Shown here in pieces: positions 13,602-25,900 of a stretch of DNA of 64,000 nucleotides. The first letter of the stretch is position 1, and the number at the start of each line of letters is the position of its first letter. The stretch spans positions 1,365,860-1,429,859 of the forward strand of contig MU062239.1 in the NCBI GenBank assembly GCA_013265495.1, in the 5' to 3' direction. Below the pieces are notes generated by a model. It was given only the letters and a program-made list of their open reading frames with translations. It had not been told where the DNA came from and ran no database searches. The position numbers and the translations under genes were made by a program. Source of the stretch: Vicugna vicugna. Its lineage: Eukaryota.

Positions 13602-14799
13602 CTTTAAAAAATAAATAAAAGTAAGCACACATTAGAAAAATAACATATTGCATAGTTGGTATATGTCTATAATCAAGTTTCTAAAATCTCACCTACACAA
13701 TTAGCAGTGCTAAGAGGCATTTTCCCGCTGTACTGATAGAATCGGTCAATCTCATACACCCTTGAATGAATCACACACCCCTGGTTCTACCCTGCAATCA
13801 CCCAGTCCCCAGTATTATCCTTCTGTTTACTAACAGTATACTGAAGGCCTCCTCACAAAGTCAACATGGAAAGCTTCAAGTAGAACCAGTGAGTTCAACT
13901 GTCTGGTTATGGAATTCTGCCCTGTTTCAAAATGTCAGGTTCCAGCAAGTGATCAATACAGTTCATGAGTGCTCCTAAAAATTGCTCCACAGATGCACCA
14001 CACAGAATCTAAACCATTGACAATACTGCTTCAAGTCTCCCTGAGATTTTTCATCTAGTGGTTGGACTTTCTATCCTGCACCTAAGTGCATCTTGCTCAG
14101 AGCAGCCCACTTATACCTTCTCATGCAAGCTTTTGACAGTTATAATGACAAAAGACACAAGTTTTATTGTTCACTTAACAAATATAGGCATGTTTCCATA
14201 TTCCCACAGGTTTCATTATTTTTCACAGTTGCATTTTCTAAAATCCAATGAATGGCCTTTTCATGCTTAACCTAACTGTAACTTTCTTACTAAACATTTA
14301 GATTGTTCCAGCTTTTCCACTAATAGGAATATTACTTCAGTTAGTATCTCCATGCATTTAGTTTTTTTCTCTTTTAAAATTATTTCCTTAGGATAAATTA
14401 TCTGTTCTGGGATTACTACATCAAAGGGAGCAAACAATTCTGTGGCTTTCGGCCTGTCAATGACAGGTAAACAGCCTTAGGAGACTTGTGCCTACAAATT
14501 CAGGGAGGCCTGTGCTGTGATGCTGTTCTTGGGGACGGCCTCCCCAACTCTCATGGCTTACACAATGAAGTATGGTTATATAATCACGTGTATGAAGAGT
14601 CAGCTTAAAATAAACCTATTGTGATATAACTTAAGGAGAGTATTTTGGGGGAAAAAAGTAGTTAAAAACCTCACTAGAGGTTATGAGAGAAAAAACACGG
14701 TTACCATCTGAAGGGTGCATGGAACTTATAGCCTTAATGGAGAAAGTCTTTCCTACCAGAGTAAAATTAACCTAAAATACTTGGGGGATTTGATACAAA

Positions 14800-17711
14800 T
14801 ATTAGGGGGAAAACGGGTGAATTCCTCCTTAACCTGAGTGTAGAGAAAGGTTTTCTAACTGTGACTCAAAATCCATATGTAATAAAAGTGATAAATTTTA
14901 CAACAGTACATAAAAATTTTTTAAACAAATTCTGGTTTTTGTGATTAAAAAACTCCATAAACAAAGTCAAAGAAGTGGAAAACTGGAGGAAAAATATTTG
15001 TAAATACAAAAGGCTCCTTATATATAAAGAAATCTTAAAAGCTGAGGTAAAAAAAGATCAAAACTCGGTAGAAAATGGTAAAAACACATAAACAATTAAC
15101 AACAACCAAAAAAAATATAAACATGGCCCTTAAATATATGAAAAGTTGGTCAAGCTCATAAAAATACAAATTAAAAATACAGGGAGACAGCAACAGATTA
15201 GTAAAAATTAAAAGGTGTAACAACATATGCTGTCGTTGAGGCCGGGGGAAACAGGCCCTCTCACAGAGCACGGCCGGGAGCACGGCCCTCAGAGAGGGGC
15301 TCCGGTAACATCAAAAAAGCCACACACGCCTTTACCTTTGGCCCAGCAGTCTCACTTCTAGGAATTTATGCCGAAGGTACACCCCCAACCATACATATGC
15401 ACAGGGTTACTCACTGCTGTCTTGTCTGTAATTGCAAAGTACTGAAACCAACCTAAATGCCCATGTAGGAGTGTGTCTCAAATGATCCTATGTCCACACA
15501 GAGGAGTACTATGAAGATGTAAAAAAGAATAAGGAAGATCTCTATGCATATCTCTAAGAACTCAGGTGGAAGGATTTCTCAGCAAAAAGAGCACAGTGCA
15601 AAAAAAGAATATCTGTAACCTTCTACCCTTCAAAAAAAGGGGAGAAATATTTCATGAGAAAATACACAAGCATCTGATCATTTGTGCAAAAAGAAACAAG
15701 GAAACAAAAATTAGAGACTAGCAAGATTAGGAATCACAGGGTGTGGGTAGGAACTGGCTGGAAAGGACAGAGGGAAACGGGGAGGGGCTAACACTTCCAT
15801 TTTGTACAGGCTTGTTTGGAACCATGTTAATGTTTCACATACACTAGAGAGATAGGAAGGAAGGGAGAGAAGAAGGGAGGGAAAGGATAAACAAAATTCA
15901 TAAGGATGAAGGAAAACCCTAAATATGAATGCTAACAGAAACTAACGAACCAAACTCAATTTCGAATGAATAACATAACCACACTAAAAAAGGGAGGGTT
16001 TAGTTTTATATGAAAAAAATAAAGTGAACGAAGCCTGTTAAAAAAAAAAAGTGAGGGTTAAAAAAAAAATTAACCCACTTCACTTTTGAACAGAGCATTT
16101 GGACTAAATGCCCTCAGGCCAAAGACAAAAATTCTCTAAACAAATACCGAACTCTAATTTTACGCTTCTTTTTTCATGGAAGCCTGGATTGCAGTTCTCA
16201 GTTTTGTACATTCTAGGATCGAGCACAGAGGTATACAGACTGTGGATAACGAGGCAGGTTTCCCACTGCTGAATAAGGGAGTTACAGATGGGAAAAGGTG
16301 GATCAGAATTGGAGGCATTTGTGTGAACTCATGGGTTTCAGTATAGACAGATAGGCAGATAGACAGACAGAGAGGGAGGCGAGGAGAGAGTAGGGGTGGG
16401 AGGAGCAGAAGGATGGAGCAAGGGATCCAGATGTGAGTGCAGATCTGCATATGAATATGTACACAGGCCCACAGGGGTATACATCTGCTTTCCAGTTATG
16501 TCCCCTGAGAGGGCATATGGGACAAACACAGACATCCAAGAACCAACAAGCGAGCATATCCAGTACCCAGACACGGATTTCTAAATTCCATCCTCCATCA
16601 AAGGGATGAAGCCTCCTTCGACAAACGGCTAATTTTAGGGCTGGGACAGAGGGAAAGTATGCTGGGCCTAGAATATCTTTTTATACCTAAAGTGGTCAGA
16701 GATGGATGGTAACGTGCAAGGGACACTGGAATCAGGTTCAAGTGGCTCTCACTTCACTGGCCACATCAGAGACCATTTGAATACCACACTGAATTAAGTA
16801 AGACTCTGTGAGCCTGCTCTGATACAAATAAATAAGTCACCACTTGCCAACCGTCATAATAAAAAATTGATTCAAGCAAATCATCAATGAACGCTAAACT
16901 AGCAAATGAAGTTCAGGGAGTAAACTTTATTAACAGAGTCTCAAAGGCAGAGACTTTCAATGATAAAGGTAAAAGAGTAACTTCACAGTGGAAAACCTGG
17001 CAGACACCACCTTAATTAAATGATTACAGTTAACACTGTCAGTAACTGGACAAAATGATGCCAGGCACTGAGAAGAATTCAGCATTACTTCAGTGGTTTT
17101 CCCACCACAGGTGCATAACCTGAATGTAATTATGAGAAAATTTCACACAAACCAAAACCGAGAAGAAATCCTCAAATAATCAGCCTGTATTTTTCAAAAA
17201 ATGTCAATGTCATGAAATACAGAGACATCGTTCAGATTAAAGGAAACTAAATAAACATGAAAACTAATGAAACTCATGATCTTGGGTTTTCTTTTGCTAC
17301 AAAGGACATTACTGGAACAACTAACAAAATCTTTGTAAGGTCTGTAGATTACATGATAGCATTTTAATGTTAATTTCCGGATTTTGATCACTGTACTACG
17401 ATTATATAAGAGAAATCCTTGTTTTTTAGGAAATACAAACACAAGTACTTATGGATAAAGGGGCATCACGTCTGGAACTTGCTCTTAGCCAATTTAGAAA
17501 ATAATTGTGTGTGCGTGTGTGTGTGTGTGAGTGTATGTGCACAGCGAGCCAGAGAGAGGGGGATAAAAAAGGGAGGGAAAGAGAGAGGGAGTAAAAAGGT
17601 AATAAAGTACTAACATTTGGGGAATCTGGAAGAAGGGTATCCAGGAATTCTGTGTACTATTCTTGTACCTTTTCTGTCAGTCTGAAATTATGTCAAAATT
17701 AAAAAAAAAAA
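14800..17711 (+). mobile_element. Old L1 (L1MB/L1MC-type) ORF2 end and long 3' UTR fragments
   Basis: L1 3' motifs (ctcacttctaggaatttat, cctaaatgcccat, aaaacctggcagacaccaccttaa) ending in an A tail at 17700-17711; subfamily not resolved. Confidence 0.7.
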
Positions 17712-17971
17712 NNNNNNNNNNNNNNNNNNNNNNNNNNNNNNNNNNNNNNNNNNNNNNNNNNNNNNNNNNNNNNNNNNNNNNNNNNNNNNNNNNNNNNNNN
17801 NNNNNNNNNNNNNNNNNNNNNNNNNNNNNNNNNNNNNNNNNNNNNNNNNNNNNNNNNNNNNNNNNNNNNNNNNNNNNNNNNNNNNNNNNNNNNNNNNNNN
17901 NNNNNNNNNNNNNNNNNNNNNNNNNNNNNNNNNNNNNNNNNNNNNNNNNNNNNNNNNNNNNNNNNNNNNNN
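17712..17971. other. Assembly gap (260 N); further N runs at 19090-19244, 19348-19357 and 19755-19885
   Basis: Direct reading; all gaps lie in or beside young L1/SINE sequence, as expected for short-read assembly or masking. Confidence 0.95.
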
Positions 17972-19680
17972 AAATGGTCACACTGCCCAAGGCAATCTAC
18001 AGATTTAATGCAATCCCTATCAAATTACCCAGGACATATTTCACAGAACTAGAACAAATCATAATAAAATTTATATGGAACCACAAAAGACCTAGAATTG
18101 CCAAAGCATTACTGAAGAAAAAGAAAGAGGCTGGAGGAATAACTCTCCTAGACTTCAGACAACACTACAGAGCTACAGTCATCAAGACAGCATGGTATTG
18201 GTACAAAAACAGACATATGGACCAATGGAACAGAATAGAGAGCCCAGAAATGAACCCACAAACTTTTGGTCAACTCATCTTCGACAGAGGAGGCAAGAAT
18301 ATACAATGGAATAAAGATAGCCACTTCAGCAAATGGTGTGGGGAAAACTGGACAGCAGCATGTAAAGCAATGAAGCTAGAACACTCCCTTACACCATACA
18401 CAAAAATAAACTCAAAATGGATCAAAGACTTAAACATAAGGCAAGATACAATAAACCTCCTAGAAGAAAATATACGCAAAACATTATCTCACATACATCT
18501 CAAAAATGTTCTCCTAGGGCAGTCTACCCAAGCAATAGAAATAAAAGCAGGAATAAACAAATGGGACCTAATGAAACTTACAAGCTTCTGCACAGCAAAG
18601 GAAACCATAAGTAAAACAAAACGACAACCTACGGAATGCGAGAAAATTTTTGCAAACGATGAAACCAACAAAGGCTTTATCTCCAGAATATATAAGCAGC
18701 TCATATGACATAATAAGCAAAAAACAAACCACCCAATCCAAAAATGGGCAGAAGATCTAAACAAGCAATTCTCCAAGAAGAAATGATCAATAGGCACATG
18801 AAAAAATACTCAGTATCGCTCATTATCAGAGAAATGCAAATCAAAACTATGATGAGGTATATCACCTTACACCAGTCAGAATGGCCATCATTCAAAAGTC
18901 CACAAATGACAAATGCTGCAGAGGCTGTGGAGAAATGGGAACCTTCCTACACTGCTGGTGGGAATGCAGTTTGGTGCAGCCACTGTGGAAAACAGTATGG
19001 AGATTCCTCAAAAGACTAGGAATAGACTTATCATATGACCCAGGAATCCTACTCCTGGGCATATATCCAGAAGGAACCCTACTTCAAAANNNNNNNNNNN
19101 NNNNNNNNNNNNNNNNNNNNNNNNNNNNNNNNNNNNNNNNNNNNNNNNNNNNNNNNNNNNNNNNNNNNNNNNNNNNNNNNNNNNNNNNNNNNNNNNNNNN
19201 NNNNNNNNNNNNNNNNNNNNNNNNNNNNNNNNNNNNNNNNNNNNTTGCAGCAACATGGATGTTCCTGGAGAATGTCATTCTAAGTGAAGTAAGCCAGAAA
19301 GAGAAAGAAAAATACCATATCAGATCACTCAGATGTGGAATCTTTAANNNNNNNNNNAAAAAAAGAACATAAATACAAAACAGAAACAGACTCATAGACA
19401 TAGAATACAAACTTGTGGTTGCCAAGGGGGCGGGAGTGGGAAGGGACAGACTGGAATTTCAAAATTTGTAGACACTGACAGGCATATGCAGAACAGATAA
19501 ACAAGATTATACTATATAGCACAGGGAAATATACGTAAGATCTTGTGGTAGCTCACAGTGGAAAAAAATGTGACAAAGAATATATGCATGTTCATGTATA
19601 ACTGAAAAATTGTGCTCTACACTGGAATTTGACACAACATTGTAAAATGACAATAACTCAATAAAAAATGTTAAAAAAAG
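17972..19680 (+). mobile_element. Young but inactivated L1: 3' part of ORF2 plus 3' UTR, antisense in KIAA0753 intron 2
   Basis: ORF 17974-18708 ([16 protein letters not shown]...[10 protein letters not shown]...) is typical L1 ORF2; premature TGA at 18706-18708 and later frameshifts; C-terminal Cys/His motif ([18 protein letters not shown]) in 18881-19089. Confidence 0.97.
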
Positions 19681-19688
19681 AGTATCTC

Positions 19689-19754
19689 GAGGGAGGGTAT
19701 AGCTCAAATGGTAGAGCGCATGCTTAGAATGCATGAGGTCCTGGGTTCAATCCC
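19689..19754 (+). mobile_element. tRNA-derived camelid SINE (Vic-1-like), head only, rest in gap
   Basis: gggagggtatagctcaaatggtagagcgcatgcttagaatgcatgaggtcctgggttcaatccc: A and B boxes; same family as 29366-29492 and 47125-47310. Confidence 0.85.
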
Positions 19755-19885
19755 NNNNNNNNNNNNNNNNNNNNNNNNNNNNNNNNNNNNNNNNNNNNNN
19801 NNNNNNNNNNNNNNNNNNNNNNNNNNNNNNNNNNNNNNNNNNNNNNNNNNNNNNNNNNNNNNNNNNNNNNNNNNNNNNNNNNNNN

Positions 19886-20830
19886 AATGATTATAATTTT
19901 TTAAAAACCACTAAATGCTGTCAAAGATGTGGAGCGATTAGCGCTCTCATTCATTATTGGTAGGAATGTAACATGGTACAACTACTTCGGAAAAAGTTTG
20001 TCGGTTTGTTAAAAAACTAAACATACACCTACACTATGATTCAGCAATTTTACTCCCAGGTATTTGCCAAGAAAAATAAAAACATGTTTACAAAAAGATT
20101 TGTACAAAAAGGCTTACAGCAGCTTTGTTTATAATAACCCAAACTAGAACAGCCCAGGTGTCCATCAGCTGGCGAATGGATAAGCAGTGGTACATGGTTA
20201 CTACTATGGTACACCACTCAGTATTAAAAAGTAACAAACTACTGATACACACAACTTGGAGGAACCTCAGAAACATTACACCAAATCTCAGAAACATTAT
20301 ACCCAGAGAAAGCAACCTCACACAGAAGAGTACATGGTATGTGATTCTATTTACAGGAAGTTTTAGAAAAGGCAAAACTAATCTATGGTGGAAAGAAATC
20401 AAAACAGTGTTGCTTCTGGAGAGTCCAAGAGGGACTGACTAGGAAGGGGCTCAAGACACCTTTCTGGGGTAATGGAAATGATCTGCATCTTATTAGAGGT
20501 ATGAGTTATACATGCGCACACATTTGTCAAAACTCAGCAAATGTGACAACACATTTCAGCATATTGCTGCAGATGTAAAATTTACATCAAAAGAAAAAAG
20601 GTAAAGAACAAATTCTAGTGTATGATGTGCATGCTTAAGTAATGAAGGTACTCACGTCTGTAATTTATTTTGATATGAGTCCAAAAATAAGAATGAATGG
20701 ATTCTAGAGGGATGGATTGAGGACAGATAAGCAATGAAATAGTAATGTGGTGAAACAGTAGTGGAATCTGGATGTTCACTGTAAAATTCTGTTTGCTGTG
20801 TTTTTGAAGATTTTCATAAATACAATGTTG
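19886..20830 (+). mobile_element. Old L1 3' end fragments
   Basis: Motifs gattcagcaattttactcccaggtatttg, gtgattctatttacaggaagtt, ggggtaatggaaatgatctgcatct; boundaries approximate. Confidence 0.75.
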
Positions 20831-21175
20831 GAAGAAAAGATATTTTGGGTGAAGCTGAATAAAGACTGGCTATCAGATAATATCAGGGAATTATTTTTTG
20901 TCCATTTTCTTAGGTGTGATAATGGTATTACGGTTAAGCTGGAGAGTTTATTTTCACAAACAATAGTCTAAAATAGATGTGACATGTCACCTGCAACTTA
21001 CTTTGAGATGGTTCTGCAAAAATTTTAGAGCAATGGGAAGACAGAAAAACAGATGGGACAAATTGCTAACAAGTGTTAAACCTAAAAGGTGTTTTAAAAG
21101 GTGCTCATTGTCCTTTTCTTTGTTTGAAATGCCTCAACAAAACTCAAAATAAAGAGAAAAACAAAATGAAAATAC

Positions 21176-21268
21176 CTGGGTCTGAAGTTTCCCGGGGTCA
21201 CTCCTCCCATCCAGTTGGACACTAGATGCTGGATGAACGCAGGCTGAGGCTGGCCTGCCTGGTCCCAT
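21176..21268 (-). CDS. KIAA0753: KIAA0753 exon 2 coding part, 93 bp, [31 protein letters not shown]; whole exon 21176-21336
   Basis: ATG at 21268 with -3A/+4G; CAG|gtatt donor; acceptor ctttctttgattttag| at 21336 (alternative AG at 21323); matches recalled human N-terminus. Confidence 0.93.
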
Positions 21269-21333
21269 TATGTCAGAGTGTAGAACAACAGTGAAAGCTT
21301 AGTCATCGGCCAACTGTTCTTCCCTAAAATCAT
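21268..21333 (-). other. 21-codon uORF ([21 protein letters not shown]) whose TAA shares its last base with the KIAA0753 ATG
   Basis: Read directly: GCA ATG ATT TTA ... CTG ACA TAA TG G; depends on use of the 21336 acceptor (a 12-codon version from the ATG at 21306 exists with either acceptor). Confidence 0.7.
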
Positions 21334-22912
21334 TGCCTAAAATCAAAGAAAGTACCTTCAGACCAATGGTATACAAAGGGAAACAGTAAGTAAAATACAA
21401 TGCTATGCTCATACATCAGTATTCTAGCAGTCCACAGCAACCTCACACTACAGAGCGAATGCTTAAACAGGTACGTAAGTTTCTTTCATTTACAATAGCA
21501 ACTACACTTTTGAAATTCAACCTTCCAAGAGAACAGGGGAACACACTATTTTAACGACTACCTCTTGAGCCTTTTTCATTCCAAATTTCAAATCTCAGGG
21601 GCCACCAGTTAAGATTTTATTCCAAAAACAGAGGTCCACTACGATACACTAGCACTTTCTAGCAAGGGAGTTTTATAGATACACAGCCTACGTTAATAAA
21701 TCTTAACTACTAATCAAAAAGCAGCATGCTTTACCTTTCTAGATAGCTCAAAAGGATAGAACTCTGAATGGCTCTAAGTAAACCTGCGGCATCAGAATTC
21801 CTAGACTGATGCCAGGAACTGCCATTAACTAGCTGAATGACCTCTATACATCTTCGATTTCCCCCCAAATGCCCCTCACCATATATTCACACACAGTGTT
21901 CAACAGATAAGTGTTCCGTAAACTACACACAAAACAGCGCCTCTCCCTACTCTGAACACCTGCTCACAGACACTATTACTATCCCTGCACTCACACACTT
22001 GCTCACATTGTTATTTACCTATTTCACGGGTATCTGTCTCATCTTCCCAGCTAGACAAGGTTCCTTGAGGGTAAGGGCCTTGTCTTGCTCGTCTCTGAGA
22101 TTTCCCACAACACAGTGCTTTGAGTATAGTTGACAAATTTAACTCAACATTCGTCGACTTAAGCAGATTTTCCATAAACTGACTAGTGTTACACGTATGG
22201 GAGAATTTGTCGTCTTTAAGAATCCCATAGGAACTCAACTGAGAAATTCAGGTTTAAAAAAAAAAATCCCTAACTTAAGCTTTCAAATAAACCCAAGGTT
22301 TGCAGACTGGATTTGCTTTAAGATTGATACATCTGTAGGAATATAAAGGCAGTGTCCAAGATTCCTTATTTCTAAGGCTGCAGAGAGATGATCAAAGGCG
22401 AAGACGGGAGGAGGCACATTGAGTGAGGCAATCCCAAATAGCCTGACTTCACCACAGTTCCGGGGCTGGGGCCGCAGAATGAAGGAGCCTGCAGGGTTGG
22501 TGCCAGGGCGTCTGCGACTTTTATGTGGTCATCCCTTTCCCTCTGGATGCCAAAGGCCTAACAGTCCATTCTCCAATAGGAAAAACCCCGGTGATCCCCA
22601 CAATTCCAGGATACCTCGAGTGAGGCTACACACACACACAAACACAAACACACACAAAGTCCAGGGACACCCACCCTGAACTGTTCCCCTATACAAAGTC
22701 CTGGGACAGCCCTCTCCTTGCAGCCTGTCCCTTTCCCACTGCTCCAGGAAATCTCCCAATTTGCTACCCCACATACTGTGAGGCTTCTCCACGCCGTATC
22801 TCTCCGCCCCATCCTAAGACACCCTCCAGCCTGTGCCTTCATCTACAACCCAGGACAAATCTCCCCCCAACCTCTTCCCCCCCAGAGCCCCAGGATCCTC
22901 ACAACTTGTGCC

Positions 22913-25900
22913 CTACATATACTCCTGGAACACCCCTGTCAATCTGTCCTCCCCCTCATAATTTTCTCCCAAGTTGTCCCCCCTCACTCTGACTCCAGAC
23001 CCTTCCCCAGTCTGTCTCCTCCCACTCTGCTGTGCATGCTGTCCGAAATGGCCAATGCCTGTTTCCCCCCTTGAATCCGGGGGCACATCCTCAGATTCAT
23101 TCAATCCCACAGCCATGCTTGTCCCGGACACTCCTGGCACATTCTCAGGGTCTGGTTCTTCCCCTACAGACCTTCGACAGCTCCATAACCTGGTCCCGCG
23201 CCCACAAGTGTAAGACACCCCGACTGCCTGGCTCCTCCCTGCCAGGCCCAGGAAACTTCTACCTCCCGACTCCCCGACTAAAGCCCCAGGGCCCTCTGTG
23301 GACTGTCTCCTCGCCACGGCGCAGCCTGAGACCGCCGCGTTCGTTTCTTCTGCGCACCCAGTCACCCACACTGCGGCAGGCCCACGCCCCGCCGTGGGAA
23401 CCCCTCCAGCTGCAAGCACCCTCCCAGACAGAGGGACCCTCACAGCCTCGGGGACAGCTCCATTGGGTCTCCTTCTCCACAGACCTGCGACACCTTCAGA
23501 GCCAGTGTTCCCGTCCATGGGTCCTGAAGCCCCGGCAGCCATGGGCACCTCAGTCCCCTGTCTCCTTCCCCACATACCTGAGCCATCCCCAGAGCTACCA
23601 TGGCCCACCAGCGGCCCGGGAACCCCAGCAGCTGTGGGGACCCTTGCAGCCATGAGAACACCAGCAGTCACTGGCGCCTCAGCAGCCTGCCTTCTTCCCA
23701 ATAAGCCCAAGAGAGCCCCAGAGGGCACCTCTTCCCCCACAGGCCTGGGCACCCCCGCAGTTGTGCGCAGCCCCATGGCCACAGGTGCTCCTGTGGTCTG
23801 TCTCCCTCCTGCCCAGTCTGAGATGCCTCCAGGGCCCAGCTTTTCCCCCACGGGCCCAGGCACCCTGAGAGTGGCAGGCACCCCCATCCTGGTGGGACCC
23901 TTGGCATCTGCAGGTCCCCACACTGTCTCTCTCTCCCCCCACAAGCCTGAGACATCTCCAGAACCAGCCGCCTCTCGCACAGGCCTAGGTGCCCTGAGAG
24001 CCACAGGCAGCCCGGCAGCTACAGACACTCCTGCTGTCACAGGTACCCCTGGAGTTGCTCTCCTTCCCGGCAAGTGTGAGAAACCCCCAGAGCCAGTCTC
24101 TGTCCCTAGCGGATCCGGCACCCTAGGAGCGGCGGGCACCTCAGCAGCCACAGGGACCCTGGTATTGTGTCTCCTTCCCCAAGACCCTGGGACAGCCCCA
24201 GAGCCCATCTCCTCACCCCCCAGCCCTGGAACCTCAGGGGCCACAGGAACCCTGTCAGTCACAGGAACCCCAATAGCCGGTCTCCTTCCCCATGATCCTG
24301 GGAAGGCCTCAGAACCAGCATCTTCCCCTACAGACCATAGCTCCTTGGGAGCCATGGGAATCCCTGAAGCCATGGCTCTCCTGGCAGTATGAACCCTTCC
24401 CCACAGGCTCAAGTCATCCCTGGAGCTGTTCCCCTGACACGCGGAGCCAGGCACCCACCCAGCAGCAGGCACCCGGACAGGTACTCTTCCAGACCCCGGC
24501 ACACCCACAGCCGTGGGCACCCCTGCTGGGGCACACCTGCGTTTGGGTACACCTGCTGCCTCTGACCTCCCCCCTGTCTCTGACAACACCACAGCCTGTC
24601 TCTTTCTACACAGACACAAAGCATCCCCATAGCTAGTCTCTTGAGCCACAGATCCAGTTCCTCCTAAAGCTGTAGGCACCAGAGCCTCTTGCTCCCCCAT
24701 TGCCTGCCTCCTTTCCCACAGACTTAAGATATTTCCACTGCATGTCTCCTCTCGGATAACCCCCGGCACCGCCTCAGCCAGAGGAACCCCCAGAGCCTGC
24801 CGCCTGCCCCACGAGCCTGGGAGACCATCATAGCCTGTCTGTCCTCCCATGGCTCCTGGAACCACCACAGCCTGGGCCACTCCCATGGGCTGTTCTGTCC
24901 CCCACAGACCCGGGACACTCCCACAGCCTGTCTCCTTCCCCAAAGCCCCAGCTACCCCCACAGGTCGTCCTGTCCCCCACAGGCCTGGGGCGTCCCCAGC
25001 ACCTGCCTCCTGCTCTTCAGGACCAGATACCTCTGCAGTCTGTACGGCTTCCCATGACCCCGAGTCACCTCCAGAGCCTGTCTCTACCCACACTGCCTGT
25101 CCCCTTTCCCTGAATCCCGGGTCACCCCCACATCTCATTCTTTCTCCAATAGCACAAGGTACCCCAACAGGCTGTCTCGTGCCCCACGGGCTAGGGAGAC
25201 TCCCAGGGCCTGTCTCCTCTACAGCTGGTCTCATCTGCCACACAACTGGGGCACCCACAGAGGTAGCTTCCTCCTCCATAGTTCTGAATACCCCTCTAGC
25301 ATCAGGCACTGCTGCGGCCTGCTCCCTCGCCCGTAAGCCTGGGGTATCCCCACAGACTGCCTCCTGTGCCAGTGCCCCAGGCACCTGCACTGACTGCTCT
25401 CTCTCCCAGAGACCTGGGGCACCACCACAGCCCAGCTCTCCCTCCACAGCTCTGGGTACCTCCACAACCTCGGGCCACCCCATGGTCCCAGGCACTCCCC
25501 TAGTTGCTCCTTTTCCCCAAGAGCCTGGGGCAACCCCACAGCCTATCCCTTCCACAGCTCCAGGCACCCCTGCAACCTGCCCTCTCCCTAGCAGGTGTGG
25601 GGCAATCCCAGAATTTGCCTCCATAGTCCCAGGCACGGTCACAGCCCAACCCTGCCCACACAGGCCTGAGGCCCTCTCATAGCCTGCCTCTTGGGAACGA
25701 GCTATTGACACCCCTGTGGCCCGGGGGAATGCCCTAGCCTGTCCTTTCACCCACGGTCCAGTAAGACCACCACGGCTGGTTTCTACCCACGAAGCCTGGC
25801 CAGGGACCCCCCTTTCAACAGGGCCCCCTCCTGCAGGCATAGGATGGAGCTCGACCCTGCTTCCTTCTCCACAACCTGAAGCTGCCCTCATAGCCTGCAC

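Noticed and set aside
17974-18708. 244 aa ORF as a host gene
   Set aside because: It is L1 ORF2 with a premature stop and downstream frameshifts
19689-19754. tRNA-Ala-like genes here and at 29420-29492 and 47125-47200
   Set aside because: They are SINE heads; the two complete copies have TSDs and A-rich tails and no proper acceptor stem
17663-19963. ORFs containing X runs
   Set aside because: Artefacts of translating through N gaps
23298-25682. Plus-strand Pro/Thr/Ala-rich ORFs (364 aa, 277 aa and neighbours)
   Set aside because: Antisense shadows of the 1167 aa minus ORF; C-rich reverse complements lack stops by composition and these frames are still broken
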